Positions 22,370-33,485 of a stretch of 64,000 bases of DNA are shown one piece after another. A model generated the notes under the pieces. The model worked only from the letters and a program-made list of their open reading frames with translations, searched no databases and was not told the DNA's origin. The DNA is from Schizochytrium sp. TIO01 (Eukaryota; Protista; Bigyra: Labyrinthulomycetes), in assembly GCA_004764695.1 (NCBI GenBank), contig SMSO01000025.1:186001-250000 (forward strand), written 5' to 3'. Both the position numbers and the translations under genes were made by a program. Position 1 is the stretch's first letter; each line of letters starts with the position of its first letter.

Positions 22370-25237
22370 TCTTCAAGTTCAGTCATAAAGTTGGTGCTTC
22401 TCAATATTTTTTAAAATGTCTTATTCCTCTATAGCAATTTTAAATCCAACATAAATAAATCTTATCTTTCTTCTTTTCTTTTTTTAAATCACAAAATCAA
22501 AATTTCTACTGCTATTTACATGCAGTTGGCATTGTACTCTCGTTGAGCATTGTCCAAGGTATTGTTAATTGTTTCGGTAAAGACTTGCGTCTCTATCTTG
22601 AACACGAGGTATTGAGAGTGCATTGAGGTTTTCCCCTAAAGGGATGGCCCGACCATTTCAAAATTTGTCTGGTGTTGTAAAGGATCTTAAGCCAAAGAGT
22701 TTGAGTCAACTCCGCGTTGACGTTAAAGCAATTATTGATATCTACCTTGTCAATTGAGCTGGACTTTAAGTCTTTTGTTGCGTGGTATCATACAAAGAAA
22801 AAATCTATGATTTCACTTTGCAAACTCCTCTTCATCAGGCCGTTCTGGAGGCAATTCTTATGACAGAGCAAACAATATCTATTTGGGCCAGAGAGGGGGG
22901 AATGTCCGCTTATGATTCCAGTAATACACAGTATACTCAATACAGATTAGACTGTGCGCTTCTGAGCTCACGTGAGAGACATTATGACAGGGTTAAGATA
23001 ATCAATAACATGTCAAACTTTCGTCAGTCAGAAACAGATAGCCCCCACTGCATTTGAACGGTCGCCATAATGCAGGAAACACGCATGAGTTTTTACATTC
23101 CGCATTTTAGAAAGAGTAAGACACATAATGTACAACCTGATGAACATCGAAAGTCTACAAAGGCATGAATTTATTATCTTTTATAATTTTCATGACCTAA
23201 TCAAACAGTTGATCACATTGCAAAGATCTGCATGGCTATTCTAGGGATATCTGGGATAATATTCGTACAATGTACACCCCTCATTGTCAGGCCCTTGAAC
23301 TCTGCTCGACAGGTGATACATATCATCACTTGTTTCGCTGCCCATGAGATAATAAACAGCTCGTGACTTGATGGACTACTCAACCATCATGCTGCTGAAT
23401 AGACTCAGTCAGCAGGAAAAATAGTACTCCACAATATCGGTGAGGCGCTGTATTAGATCATTCAGGCCTCAAGAATAGCTTCCTATTAGAACTCGTCGAG
23501 ACATTAATTGTGCTCACCAGAAGCCACGCACCGAGGATTTTCATTCTCTGATGAATTTTTCAAATACTACATGTTTTCACTGGCCAGTATCTAAGCACCT
23601 TTTAACACCATCATCAAGAAAATTATGCATGCATAGAGAAAAGGAATCAAAATTGACCTTTTGCTGGGAGTTGACATTCTTAAATGTGTCTATTGGGACA
23701 TACTGCAGCTTATGGCACTCAGCGTTTGAGATCCTTGAAGCTACTTCTCAGGTTTTACCATGGGCATACATCTTTCGATCAATAACTAGAGATCACCCGA
23801 GCTTATTTATATTGATACGGTTGCTCAAAGGTGGATAGGAGCCAAGCAGGAGCTTCTCGATATAACCAAGTTGTAACGAAGGGCTAGGGCCCATATTTAG
23901 AGAAGATTTTGCGCGTTATTACTATAATATTCCTCAGATACCTAATTCAGATTTTATTTGGGAATGAGAAGATCAGGTTGGAAAGCTCTCCAGCATTTAC
24001 CATAAGAAAGGCTACATAATTTCCAATTCGCGAAAGCAACTTTACATTTTACGAACACAACCTGTGGTATGTCACGCTTTTAAGAACCTCTTTTCCAGTC
24101 GTCCATCAGCCCATACTCATTTACAAGCGGATTGAGAATCCAGCAAAATCTGCTATATCACCTTTGCATCGTTCTTCCTGAAGTCGCGTAATGCGCAATT
24201 CCTACTTTTCGCTTGGTTAGAGGGCACCTAAAGTGATGGGTACGTTTATTTGTGGGTGTGTTTAAGATGCACTTGCAGGATTTCAGAGGCTTGAGTCTGT
24301 TTGCAGATCTCCAACAAAGTGATATGTTGAATGCATCCTCATGGCTCTCTTCAATATCGCACAAAACATCCCAAGTTTCAGGAAAATTATCGAACTTTTA
24401 CAAACTTCGTCGGCGAAGAGTTTGCTTTGATCATCTTCAAGTTGTTCCAGATATCCTAAATTGTCTTCATGTTAAGAATTCTGCTGATCCTGGATGTGCA
24501 ATATTCTTGAAAAACGCTACGTTTCCAGGTAATATATCTCACATTAACATAAATACTGTAAATCTTCAGCCTCGAAGACTGGCTTCTCTAAGAACTCCAA
24601 GCCAGCCCAAAATCGAAACTAATGGGCGCTTATGATAGAAATGCAAGGCGAATAATAAGAAATAGATTTAAGCAAAGAGAGGGCGCGGTGCTAGTTCATG
24701 ACAAAAGGGACAGGTGAATGAATCAAGGCTATGGTGTCAGAAAGTAGCAAATGGTTTCTACATGTGTAGCAGATGCAGTGCAAGAAAGAAAGTATTGCTC
24801 TCATTTTTACATCTTCAATTATCAATTCATTCAAATAATCATATCTATCGCTGAGATCTCCAATCAAAGGAACCAGTTGACAAGACATTGCTAGAGTTAT
24901 TTGTAAGAACCCATGAACATAGGGTTTGCAATAGACAATCAGACTTCCTTCGTTAAGAAGTCAAAAACCAACAGTGTGTGCATACACTTTCCTGGAACCT
25001 GAATTGATGGTCAAAGAGATGAGCTCTTCTAACCCCGTCGATTGCGTCTAACTCAGTTCAAGTATGTCTTAGTCTCCTAATTACAACATAAAGCAGTCTG
25101 CCTTGGTATAAGAGTAGATCTTCAACTCATAATTCACAGATTATTATAACTTCTAAAGTCCCTTAGAGCCATTACCTAGTTTCTTGCGTTCACTTCACAG
25201 TCGACCTCTAGCTGACCCGATTCACATTTCAAGAGCC

Positions 25238-25568
25238 CTACCGCCACCGCCAGTAATCCCAACTATCTCTGCGCCTCTCCGAAGAAGGTTCAGAAGAATT
25301 TGCTACTTGGTGAGCAGCAAGGCGAACATTTCCGTCCAGAATGAGCTGTTGAATTTCGGGCGTTAGAGACTGAAGCTTGCCATTGGGCAACCCCATCTGT
25401 AGGTAGCGGTCTGTAAAAGCCGCTTCCCGATCTATTCTGAGTTCATTTAACGCTTCAAAGAATCCACACCAATGCGTTTTGGCGATGTGCTCACGGCGTT
25501 TGTTGCACTTTTCTGGTAGTACTTTGAAGTTGGATGGATTAGACGATCCCCACTTACTTTCTCCAATA
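25238..25568 (-). repeat. Tandem ~335-bp duplicate of the 3' end of copy 5
   Basis: 25262-25568 is nearly identical to 25596-25907 (e.g. GCAGCAAGGCGAACATTTCCGTC at 25314 and 25648). Confidence 0.9.
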
Positions 25569-28394
25569 CCTACCGAAGGGAGAATAGGAATGCCAATTAT
25601 CTCTATGCCTCTCCGAAGAGGGTTCAGAAAAATTTGCTACTTGGCGAGCAGCAAGGCGAACATTTCCGTCGAGAATGAGCTGTTGAATTTCGGGCGTTAG
25701 AGACTGAAGCTTGCCATTGGTCAACCCCAGCTGTAGGTAGCGGTCTATAGCTAAAACCGCTTCCCGATCTATTCTGAGTTCATCTAAAGCTTCAAAGTAT
25801 CCACGCCAATGCGTTTTGGCGATGTGCTGAAGGCGTTTGATGCACTTTTCTGGCAGTACTTTGAAGTTGGATGGACTAGACGATTCCCGCTTACTTTCTT
25901 CAATACTCACTTGGGATAAAAACACGTCACGAGCTTTTTCATGAGCTTTAAACCAATCCTGGGCATTTTCTGGGGAATTCACTTGAAAGCGTGAGTCAAT
26001 CATGCTCATTCTTCTACCTGATGCTTCTAACTCTATGTATATTTTTTCTTTACGCTCGAGATAATTCATCGCGTGCCATGGCTCCGTGACTAACAATCTT
26101 AAAACTATTTGCAAACATTCTGGAGAAACCCATACTGGTACTGGGGCCGATTGATCCTCCCACTTGGCGATTCTCAGCACCTGCTGCATTGATTCTGAAA
26201 ATCCTCTATAACCACGGCCAACACATCTCTCGAATCTGTTATCCATGAAGTAAATCGCTGATTTTCTTAGACGACTCTTCACAACCTCTGATTGATTGTG
26301 TAAAAGAGTCCTGATGTTATCTAAATGACTCTCCAGATCAGTACATTGGTTCTGAATCCGGCTCCTCTCACAATAACGTTGGAATTCATCAGGATAGACT
26401 TCATTGATAATTTCTTGCAACAGATCAGGAGATGAACTCTTAGGGTATTGTCGGTCTCTTACATACTTAGAGTAATCTCTCCTGAACTCATCCACGGTTT
26501 CTTTGCGGGTTAATTTAAGCTTCGTACCCGTTACAAAATGATCTACCAAATGGTCAACAAAGGGACGCTCTGTGTCGGGAACAGCTCGAAGGAAAGTCTG
26601 CAATTCTGCATACCCTTGACCTGCAGCATCAATTACATCTATTGCGTCAGATTTACTTAAAGTTTCCTCAAAACGCATCATGTAGGTTTTAACACCCCAA
26701 AAGTTACGCTCTGGCATTCGAACATTGTTCATGAACACACGGATTTCGGGCGACATTTCGTTCAGCAGTTTTGATTTCCAGACATTCAGCTTTCGTTGGT
26801 AGCGTGCTTGTCCCAATACCTGCTGAGCCCTCTCCCAATTATAAAACTCCATGTCAGCAGGTTTGTTCAGCTTTGGAAACTCCTTCCGAAGACTCCTTCC
26901 GATCTTGAGCGCTCTAACTACCTCCTTACGCGATTGGGCGACTGGATTTAGACTAAAAATCCAGCGTTGAGTTTGATAGTCCTCCATCGCAAATTTTTGA
27001 TCCTCCTCCCCAAGAACCCCTTTCAGGCCTCTCCATCGCCACGTAGCGTCACGTAAACAGAGTTCCTTATGCATGATATCGCTGTGAGCCGCTCTTACGA
27101 AATATTTCAGAAGATCAGACGGTATGTCAAATTCTGCAGAATGATCTTGAAGCCATTGAGCACGAGCCCCTACGTCCGGAAGGTTCTTGAAAATGACATC
27201 AGGTATATCTTGTACATAGAAATTTTCAAGAACGCGCAATAGGCTTAGATTAGGCAGTTCCCGCCATGCCTCAAGGCCGTACAACATGTCGCTGTAGTGT
27301 TGGGCTTTGGTAACAAATTTCTCCTTCACCTTTTCTATATCGTCGCGCATCGCAGCGTCTAACAGAGTTTCTACATTGACAAATTCGTTAGTCTGCCTGT
27401 GTAATCCTGCAAAAACCATCTGCGTCCAAGTATACAGAGCAGAGGATTTGTTGAAGGCCTGAATAACGTAATCTGCATCTTTTTGCAATTCGAGCTTTCC
27501 CTGCCGAACTTGCTCGACGAGAAAATGATTGTCACACCACACTGGTAGCTCTGGGAGTGAGAGGGCGGACTTGAGAGATTCCTTGGCCTGTAACACAGCT
27601 GTTGAGGCAGCCTCTGAGAAATGGTAATTTACAGCATCTTGTGACATTTTAATTGCATTGTTTGCAAGGCTGGGAATGTCACGAAGGATCCAGTCAATAC
27701 CAAATTTGTAGTACGCTACAGGCCCTTCCGAACGGGTAAGGAGTCCCGGTGTAGTGCTTCGCACCTTGAAAACGTCGCTTATTTGGAGGTCTTTAAGCAA
27801 ACGTTTTGCTTTTGTACTTTCTACCGGCTGAAAAACCTCTTCGGTGTACATGCTCTTCCGCTTTTTCCTCCAGTTTATCTTAGAACAAAGATCGCAGAAC
27901 TGGAAGTATAATATGAGGTGTGTTATAAATGGAGATGGCCGATTGGTCACGCGAACGGGCCGGGAGCAGCGACAGCACTTTTCTGGGTTGAAAACAATAT
28001 CATGAAATCGCCATGGAGTTAGGCCTGGCGGTGGAAGACGTAGAGAACACGAGTAGGTCTCTTGTACCAATTGCATGAATTCAACAATAAGGTTCGATTG
28101 TGGAAACACACCACGTAGATACAGGGGTTTCATCGCTTCAGAGATTGCTATTGACGCCTTGCAAAACCTTGAGATATCTTGATCCGTCAAAAATGGGATC
28201 AGTGACCCTAGTGGTACTGTTGAGATATCACACCTTTGCGGATTACAGCTCTTAGCGACAATGTCTTGAAGACGCGAGCCATGCTCATGGATATTTTCAT
28301 TTTCATCTTGCTGCTGGGTTGATTCTGTCGCAGACGTGGCACCTTGCACTGGTAGCACCTTCGGCGTTGTGCTTTTGGGTGTGTGTTTCGTCAT
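25554..28394 (-). CDS. F-box-like / C4 zinc-finger family protein, copy 5 (946 aa, intact)
   Basis: ATG-to-stop ORF. LIPFLTDQDISRFCKASIAISEAM, LRLPPPGLTPW, CCRC..FCDLC, YYKFGIDWILRDIP, HWRGYFEA, DGNVRLAARQ. Confidence 0.85.
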   Translation of the reverse strand: MTKHTPKSTTPKVLPVQGATSATESTQQQDENENIHEHGSRLQDIVAKSCNPQRCDISTVPLGSLIPFLTDQDISRFCKASIAISEAMKPLYLRGVFPQSNLIVEFMQLVQETYSCSLRLPPPGLTPWRFHDIVFNPEKCCRCSRPVRVTNRPSPFITHLILYFQFCDLCSKINWRKKRKSMYTEEVFQPVESTKAKRLLKDLQISDVFKVRSTTPGLLTRSEGPVAYYKFGIDWILRDIPSLANNAIKMSQDAVNYHFSEAASTAVLQAKESLKSALSLPELPVWCDNHFLVEQVRQGKLELQKDADYVIQAFNKSSALYTWTQMVFAGLHRQTNEFVNVETLLDAAMRDDIEKVKEKFVTKAQHYSDMLYGLEAWRELPNLSLLRVLENFYVQDIPDVIFKNLPDVGARAQWLQDHSAEFDIPSDLLKYFVRAAHSDIMHKELCLRDATWRWRGLKGVLGEEDQKFAMEDYQTQRWIFSLNPVAQSRKEVVRALKIGRSLRKEFPKLNKPADMEFYNWERAQQVLGQARYQRKLNVWKSKLLNEMSPEIRVFMNNVRMPERNFWGVKTYMMRFEETLSKSDAIDVIDAAGQGYAELQTFLRAVPDTERPFVDHLVDHFVTGTKLKLTRKETVDEFRRDYSKYVRDRQYPKSSSPDLLQEIINEVYPDEFQRYCERSRIQNQCTDLESHLDNIRTLLHNQSEVVKSRLRKSAIYFMDNRFERCVGRGYRGFSESMQQVLRIAKWEDQSAPVPVWVSPECLQIVLRLLVTEPWHAMNYLERKEKIYIELEASGRRMSMIDSRFQVNSPENAQDWFKAHEKARDVFLSQVSIEESKRESSSPSNFKVLPEKCIKRLQHIAKTHWRGYFEALDELRIDREAVLAIDRYLQLGLTNGKLQSLTPEIQQLILDGNVRLAARQVANFSEPSSERHRDNWHSYSPFGRYWRK

Positions 28395-29027
28395 ACTTCT
28401 CTCTAAGCCAGGGCCTCAGTCAGTCTTAGTTGACGTCACTGAGCACGTCTCCTAGGAGGCTTCAGGCTTCGAGTGCTATACTACGGCGACTTGGATCAGC
28501 TGGTATTTGAGGATTGCATTTGGATTGTACCTGCGTAGCGGATCATCAGATGAGATACCCAAGATACCCAGGTAGTAGGTACTATGCACTAAGAGCCAAC
28601 AAAATAGCGGAACCGAATCGGTAGGGATCGTAGTCAAACCATTCCAGGAACCATCTGTCCCTCGATCACAAAGTTCTATGAATGAGCCAAGCTTTAAACC
28701 ACCACCACCAAATACTTATTTATCTCAATAACCAACATTTCTGTTCTTGTAGTAGCTGTTCAAGTTGCTCAGGCTGTCAAAAGTTCAATCCTTCAAACTT
28801 TGACGATGTCTGAAGCGGTTATACTCGCACTACTGGTTCTCTTCTCGTTCTTCGAATCCTTTCCCTTATTCCTCTTTCCTTAGTTATTTGAAAATCCTAT
28901 CTTTTATTTTTCTTTCTTTCTTTTTTCTGATTACTCTTGGAACCAACTTTTCAGCATGTTGACTTTTGATCAGAACTTTAGTTTAAAAATAAAATGAAAT
29001 AAAAAGTCTTTAAGAACTAAAAATAAC

Positions 29028-29065
29028 AAGAAGAAGAAGAAGAAGAAGAAGAAGAAGAAGAAGAA
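29028..29065. repeat. (AAG)n microsatellite
   Basis: Read directly. Confidence 0.9.
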
Positions 29066-29453
29066 ACAAAAACAAAAACTATAGGCCTGTAGTTCCTGTT
29101 CGGGCGAGGGAATGATCGAACAAAGGTTCTCGAAAAGTTCCTAGTAATATCCAGTGACGTTCCGCTGCTCTCAAGGAACAGAAATTATTATTGAAAGTAT
29201 CTTCGCTTTCAATATATTGTTTTTCGTTTCAGTTCTTTATTCCCCCGGTAGTCGCTTCCAACTTTGAAAGCACGCTCAAGCGCAGAACTCGAACAGCCAT
29301 TACCTCTAGTCATTACAGTAGAGTACTCGGACCTTGTTTTATTTAGGACACATGAAGCCTGGAGACTGAAGATAACTTGGCGAAGCTCGCGAAAATCGTT
29401 TATTATTGTTTTTATATAGAGCACCTTACTATTTCATACAAGCAGGAAAAATC

Positions 29454-29830
29454 AATGCTAAGGCGGATACTCAAAAGCACACTGCGAAACAGCTCGGTAG
29501 TGAGAACGAGGAAGATGATAGAAACACATATCCATCTCAACGATAGAAGTAAAAAATTCCACATTCGCGGTAGAGCCCACCCAGTAAGATGAAAACAGTA
29601 TCAATAGTGATTAAATTTACATTTCCGACATTTTGTGGCTGAGAGGTCAAATTCGCAAGGGTGCGATATCTCAGCGGATTTTTTAGAGCTACTGAGGATT
29701 TTTATGGTAGGCCAAAAACATCTCGAGATGCTCTACAGGGCATCTCCAGATTTCTCTGAGCCAAAATCCCCTTACTATATATGTTGCGTTCACGCATTTC
29801 GAGGTGATTTCCTCTTCATGCAATCGATGA
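29454..29830 (+). pseudogene. Highly decayed 5' relic of the F-box-like family (copy 6)
   Basis: VAERSNSQGCDISADFLELLRIFMVGQKHLEMLYRASP resembles copy 5 VAKSCNPQRCDISTVPLGSLIPFLTDQDISRFCKAS. Upstream MLRRILKSTL weakly resembles the family start. Divergent from copy 5. Confidence 0.6.
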
Positions 29831-30149
29831 GGCTTTCTCTCACACCCTTTATTTCATCACTAAGCCTATCTCCATCACACCCATTGTTCTTCGCCAGCGC
29901 CGCAGAACCAGTGTTGTTGCTTCTCCCGATTCATTTCTGCAACGATTCAGACAATTCAAAGACTTCAAATGATGCAAACGTGTACTCGAAGACAGATTCG
30001 GATATTAGATTATGAGTGAGATACGCATAAGAAGTAGTCACATAATCAAGCATGAATTTCACCGTCCTTTTAGCCCTAAAAGTGCTGCTGTTGACCTTAA
30101 TTTCCAAATACATATATTTGCAGCATTCATGAATTCCTAACACTTATGT

Positions 30150-30284
30150 TTTGTTTGTTTGTTTGTTTGTTTGTTTGTTTGTTTGTTTGTTTGTTTGTTT
30201 GTTTGTTTGTTTGTTTGTTTGTTTGTTTGTTTGTTTGTTTGTTTGTTTGTTTGTTTGTTTGTTTGTTTGTTTGTTTGTTTGTTT
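30150..30284. repeat. (TTTG)n microsatellite, ~33 units
   Basis: Read directly. It coincides with the end of the paralog array. Confidence 0.95.
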
Positions 30285-30654
30285 TCAGAAGAAGAGAATA
30301 AAAGCAATCACCTTCTCATGTCTCTTTAGCAAAGTACGCGAGACAAAAAACATTTGTCATGGTCAAGGTACCAGGAGTCCAGGTTTTTACTTGCAATGCC
30401 CACGTTCCCCCAATTTATTTATTGTGGTCTTCATCAACAAAACTTCCACATATAGAACAGCGCCTGACGGTCTACCTGTGGCGCGGGGTACACACCTTAC
30501 AGAGTCAGAAATGACTATGATTTCGGCGCGAGTATACTAATTTTTAAGTTTAAAAAATGTAATGTGCCGGTGTAGCAATCTTGGCAACAACTAATCCCAA
30601 TCACGCCAAGCTGCCAGGCACAAGTGAGGCGAACTTCTGCTTCACCATCGAGCC

Positions 30655-32730
30655 ATGAGGTCCATGCATGGTCGTCAACATAAGTCCTCGGCTGAAACTC
30701 AGCGTTCAGAGAAGCAGTCTAGCAACTCTCGGCGACCGAGACCAGAATGGAATGTGTGCTTTCCTGTGACTGAACGTGGTATACCGCCTTACGACGCTCG
30801 CAAGGATCGTGAACTTCGAAGATCTGAGCGCGAGCGAGTGGCGAAATCTAAGCTTTCAGTATCTTCCAAGACGTTGTCTTCTAGGCCAACATCTTCAGAC
30901 GCAGCGGGACCGGCCAGTAGAGGAGCTGTAAAGCTTGATGTTGGGAAAAGGCCACCTTGGCCAGCAAAGAAAGGAAAAGCTGGCGTATCTCTACAACTTG
31001 TTGATGACGAGGCAAAGGGTATTGAAATGAACGTAATTAAGCGAATCTTGGAACGAGAACATGCTCTGGTAGTTTTGATGAACCGCCTTGCCTCGGAGCC
31101 AAACATTCCTTGCAAGACTGCTGTTCAACTTCTCCAAGAGATGAAGCAACACTCTCTTCTAACTGTAGAAGCAATATCAAAATGGCGTGCTTGTTTACCA
31201 GAGCCCTTGCCGTTCATTTTTGAAAATCGTAACTATCTACTGCGCATGATGATGGATCTATCGGTACTTGACGAAAATGAAAAGGTAAGGACAGCTGTTG
31301 CTGGGCACTTCAAACATGATGTGAACTATTTTCGATTCCGGGGAAACCCTTTTTATCTCCCAATGGACTCAAACGGAGGTATACTTTCTCCATTAGAATC
31401 GATTTCTCTATTAAATGCGGAAGTATCACAAGATGCCCAGGACACTAGCCACATTGCCTCATTGGATGTTCGACGTATTGATGCGGCGTGGCACATCCTT
31501 GTTCAAGAGCATATGCGCGCACGTGAGCGATACCAGCGTCGCCAAGCTTGTCAAAACGACGAAGAAGAGGCGCGGGAATCACCTCAGCCAGATTTCGGCA
31601 AGGATGAACTCCTCACACGAAATGTTAAAGCTAAACCTGGGAAGCTTGCACCCTTACCAAAGCCTAAAACAACAGGCTTTTCTGACTGTCCTGTGAAGAA
31701 GAAGAAAAAACAATTTAAAAAAGTCGTCAGTCGTGAGTGTAAGTGTAGTGAACCAAAAGAGCCCTTTTCTATTTCTGCAGCCATAACAAATCCCAAAGAG
31801 CTTCCGCCCCTAACTGAGGCAGATTTACATGCTTTTCGACACGACACACGGAGTAAACTAGAGCGAATGGACGCCGATATCCTTGCAAGTCAACAAGTCG
31901 TGAAAACTATCCAGGCTGCAGTGGATGAAGTTCAAGGAGCGTTGCAGCGGCTAGAAAGCAAACAATCAAGGCCGACGCTTAAACCTACGGCAGAGTTGGA
32001 GTCTCTTCGCAATAAATTCCAGAGGCTTTCGAAGAGTCTGCATTATCGCCGGATTGAACTGCAAAGGAAACAGCTTGCTCGTCACTGCTTTGTTCAAGAT
32101 CAGGCTATGCGTGTCGACCGAGCTGTAAAGGAGCAAGTGGAGCGTTCCCTGCGAGCGCCAATGCCCAATATCTCCACAATTTCTGAATCTCTTCAACGAC
32201 CCGAGGCCATACGGTTTATACGGCTCTTTGCCAGGAATTATGTCGAAGAAGGAATTACGCTGTCTATTCACAGAGTACTTAAAAGAAAAGCCCAGATTCG
32301 ATCAGATAGATCAGAAGAAATTACTCTTCAACACTCGCAAAAGCTTAGCAAGGACCTGGTAGAAAGTCAAATTAGTGATTCTTTTGCTGCCAACAAAGAT
32401 CAAGATTCACCTAGGACAAAGAACACAACTGATTATATGCAAGCAACTATACGACGAGCAAGCTTTGAAGTTGCATGCCTCTCTGTGGAGAACGTTTTGC
32501 AGGATGGTATTCAACAGGTCAGTCAGAAGCAAGCTGCGTCTGCAGTCTTTGTTGTTCAGAAGAGCGAAAGCGTTCTTGCTGCTGTTTCATCTGTACAGCA
32601 GGCTCTGCAGAATACTTTAGGGACAGGTTCGACAGACTTGACAACAGACGTCGACCATCGTATGGCGGGAATACGTCGTGTATCTCAGAACTTTGTTGAG
32701 AGTATTTTCCCACAACTCTCACCATTGTAA
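30655..32730 (+). CDS. Hypothetical protein (691 aa) with coiled-coil region
   Basis: Long ATG ORF. Globular-looking block IEMNVIKRILERE...VEAISKWR...PFIFENRNYLLRM..DL and a heptad-rich segment near aa 400-480. Family not recognised with confidence. Confidence 0.75.
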   Translation: MRSMHGRQHKSSAETQRSEKQSSNSRRPRPEWNVCFPVTERGIPPYDARKDRELRRSERERVAKSKLSVSSKTLSSRPTSSDAAGPASRGAVKLDVGKRPPWPAKKGKAGVSLQLVDDEAKGIEMNVIKRILEREHALVVLMNRLASEPNIPCKTAVQLLQEMKQHSLLTVEAISKWRACLPEPLPFIFENRNYLLRMMMDLSVLDENEKVRTAVAGHFKHDVNYFRFRGNPFYLPMDSNGGILSPLESISLLNAEVSQDAQDTSHIASLDVRRIDAAWHILVQEHMRARERYQRRQACQNDEEEARESPQPDFGKDELLTRNVKAKPGKLAPLPKPKTTGFSDCPVKKKKKQFKKVVSRECKCSEPKEPFSISAAITNPKELPPLTEADLHAFRHDTRSKLERMDADILASQQVVKTIQAAVDEVQGALQRLESKQSRPTLKPTAELESLRNKFQRLSKSLHYRRIELQRKQLARHCFVQDQAMRVDRAVKEQVERSLRAPMPNISTISESLQRPEAIRFIRLFARNYVEEGITLSIHRVLKRKAQIRSDRSEEITLQHSQKLSKDLVESQISDSFAANKDQDSPRTKNTTDYMQATIRRASFEVACLSVENVLQDGIQQVSQKQAASAVFVVQKSESVLAAVSSVQQALQNTLGTGSTDLTTDVDHRMAGIRRVSQNFVESIFPQLSPL

Positions 32731-33485
32731 GATTTGAACACTTTAAAAATGTGAATATTGTTTTCTTTGTTACTTTCAAATTGCTCAGGGTGAAACATAG
32801 TATGTAAGAAATAATATATCCTACACGCACTTAAAACTACTTCTGAAAATTCAACAAGATCAGTTTTTGGCTCAGTCTGTATGGCAAAGATATATACATC
32901 ACAAACATTGGCGCTTGCCTACAAAAGATCAAGTGATCTATTGAGTATAAGGGAAATGAATATCCCAAACCATTCTCAACAGCTCTCCAATCCAAACCAG
33001 TCTCACATGCGAATACCCTTTTAACTAGCGTCTTCTAATCAGCCACTTTTTCAATAACTAAACATTACTTTCTCACAGGCGAATCTTTCACTGTGATCTT
33101 GTGGTCTGAATCTAGATTGCATCATAGGATGCTCCGTAATGCTTGGGTAAAACGTGCATCAAAGTTATGAATAAAACTTGAACACTAAAATCCTCCCATT
33201 AAAAAATAAATAAATAAAAGTTCCGGTGACGATCCTCCATTGATCTGTGAGGCATTGCCTTTATACTATTTAAGATGCCGCCTTAAGCTTGCAGTTCCGA
33301 TTTCGAGTCCCTGGAGCCTTCCCTGCTCGCAAACTCGAAGTGGTATCCTGGGTCTCGGGGAGAGGCTTGGGTATCATCTCCGCCGTGGCTTTCTGTGGCT
33401 TTCTTGTCCCCCTGAGAAGGTTTTGGGCGACAGCTTCACTCAGGTTTGGCCACATCGCAGACTCTGTGGCTCAGCCACTCCGGCG

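Noticed and set aside
23280-23520. Minus-strand MGSETSDDMY as a negative-strand RNA virus RdRp motif C (SDD)
   Set aside because: No convincing motifs A, B or D at proper spacing; a tripeptide match is expected by chance.
7648-28394. Array genes as transposases or Fanzor/TnpB-type nucleases
   Set aside because: No DDE/RuvC, RT, HUH or tyrosine-recombinase motifs, no terminal repeats or target-site duplications, and no conserved non-coding flank seen.
30151-30540. 129-aa FVCL-repeat ORF
   Set aside because: Translation of a (TTTG)n microsatellite.
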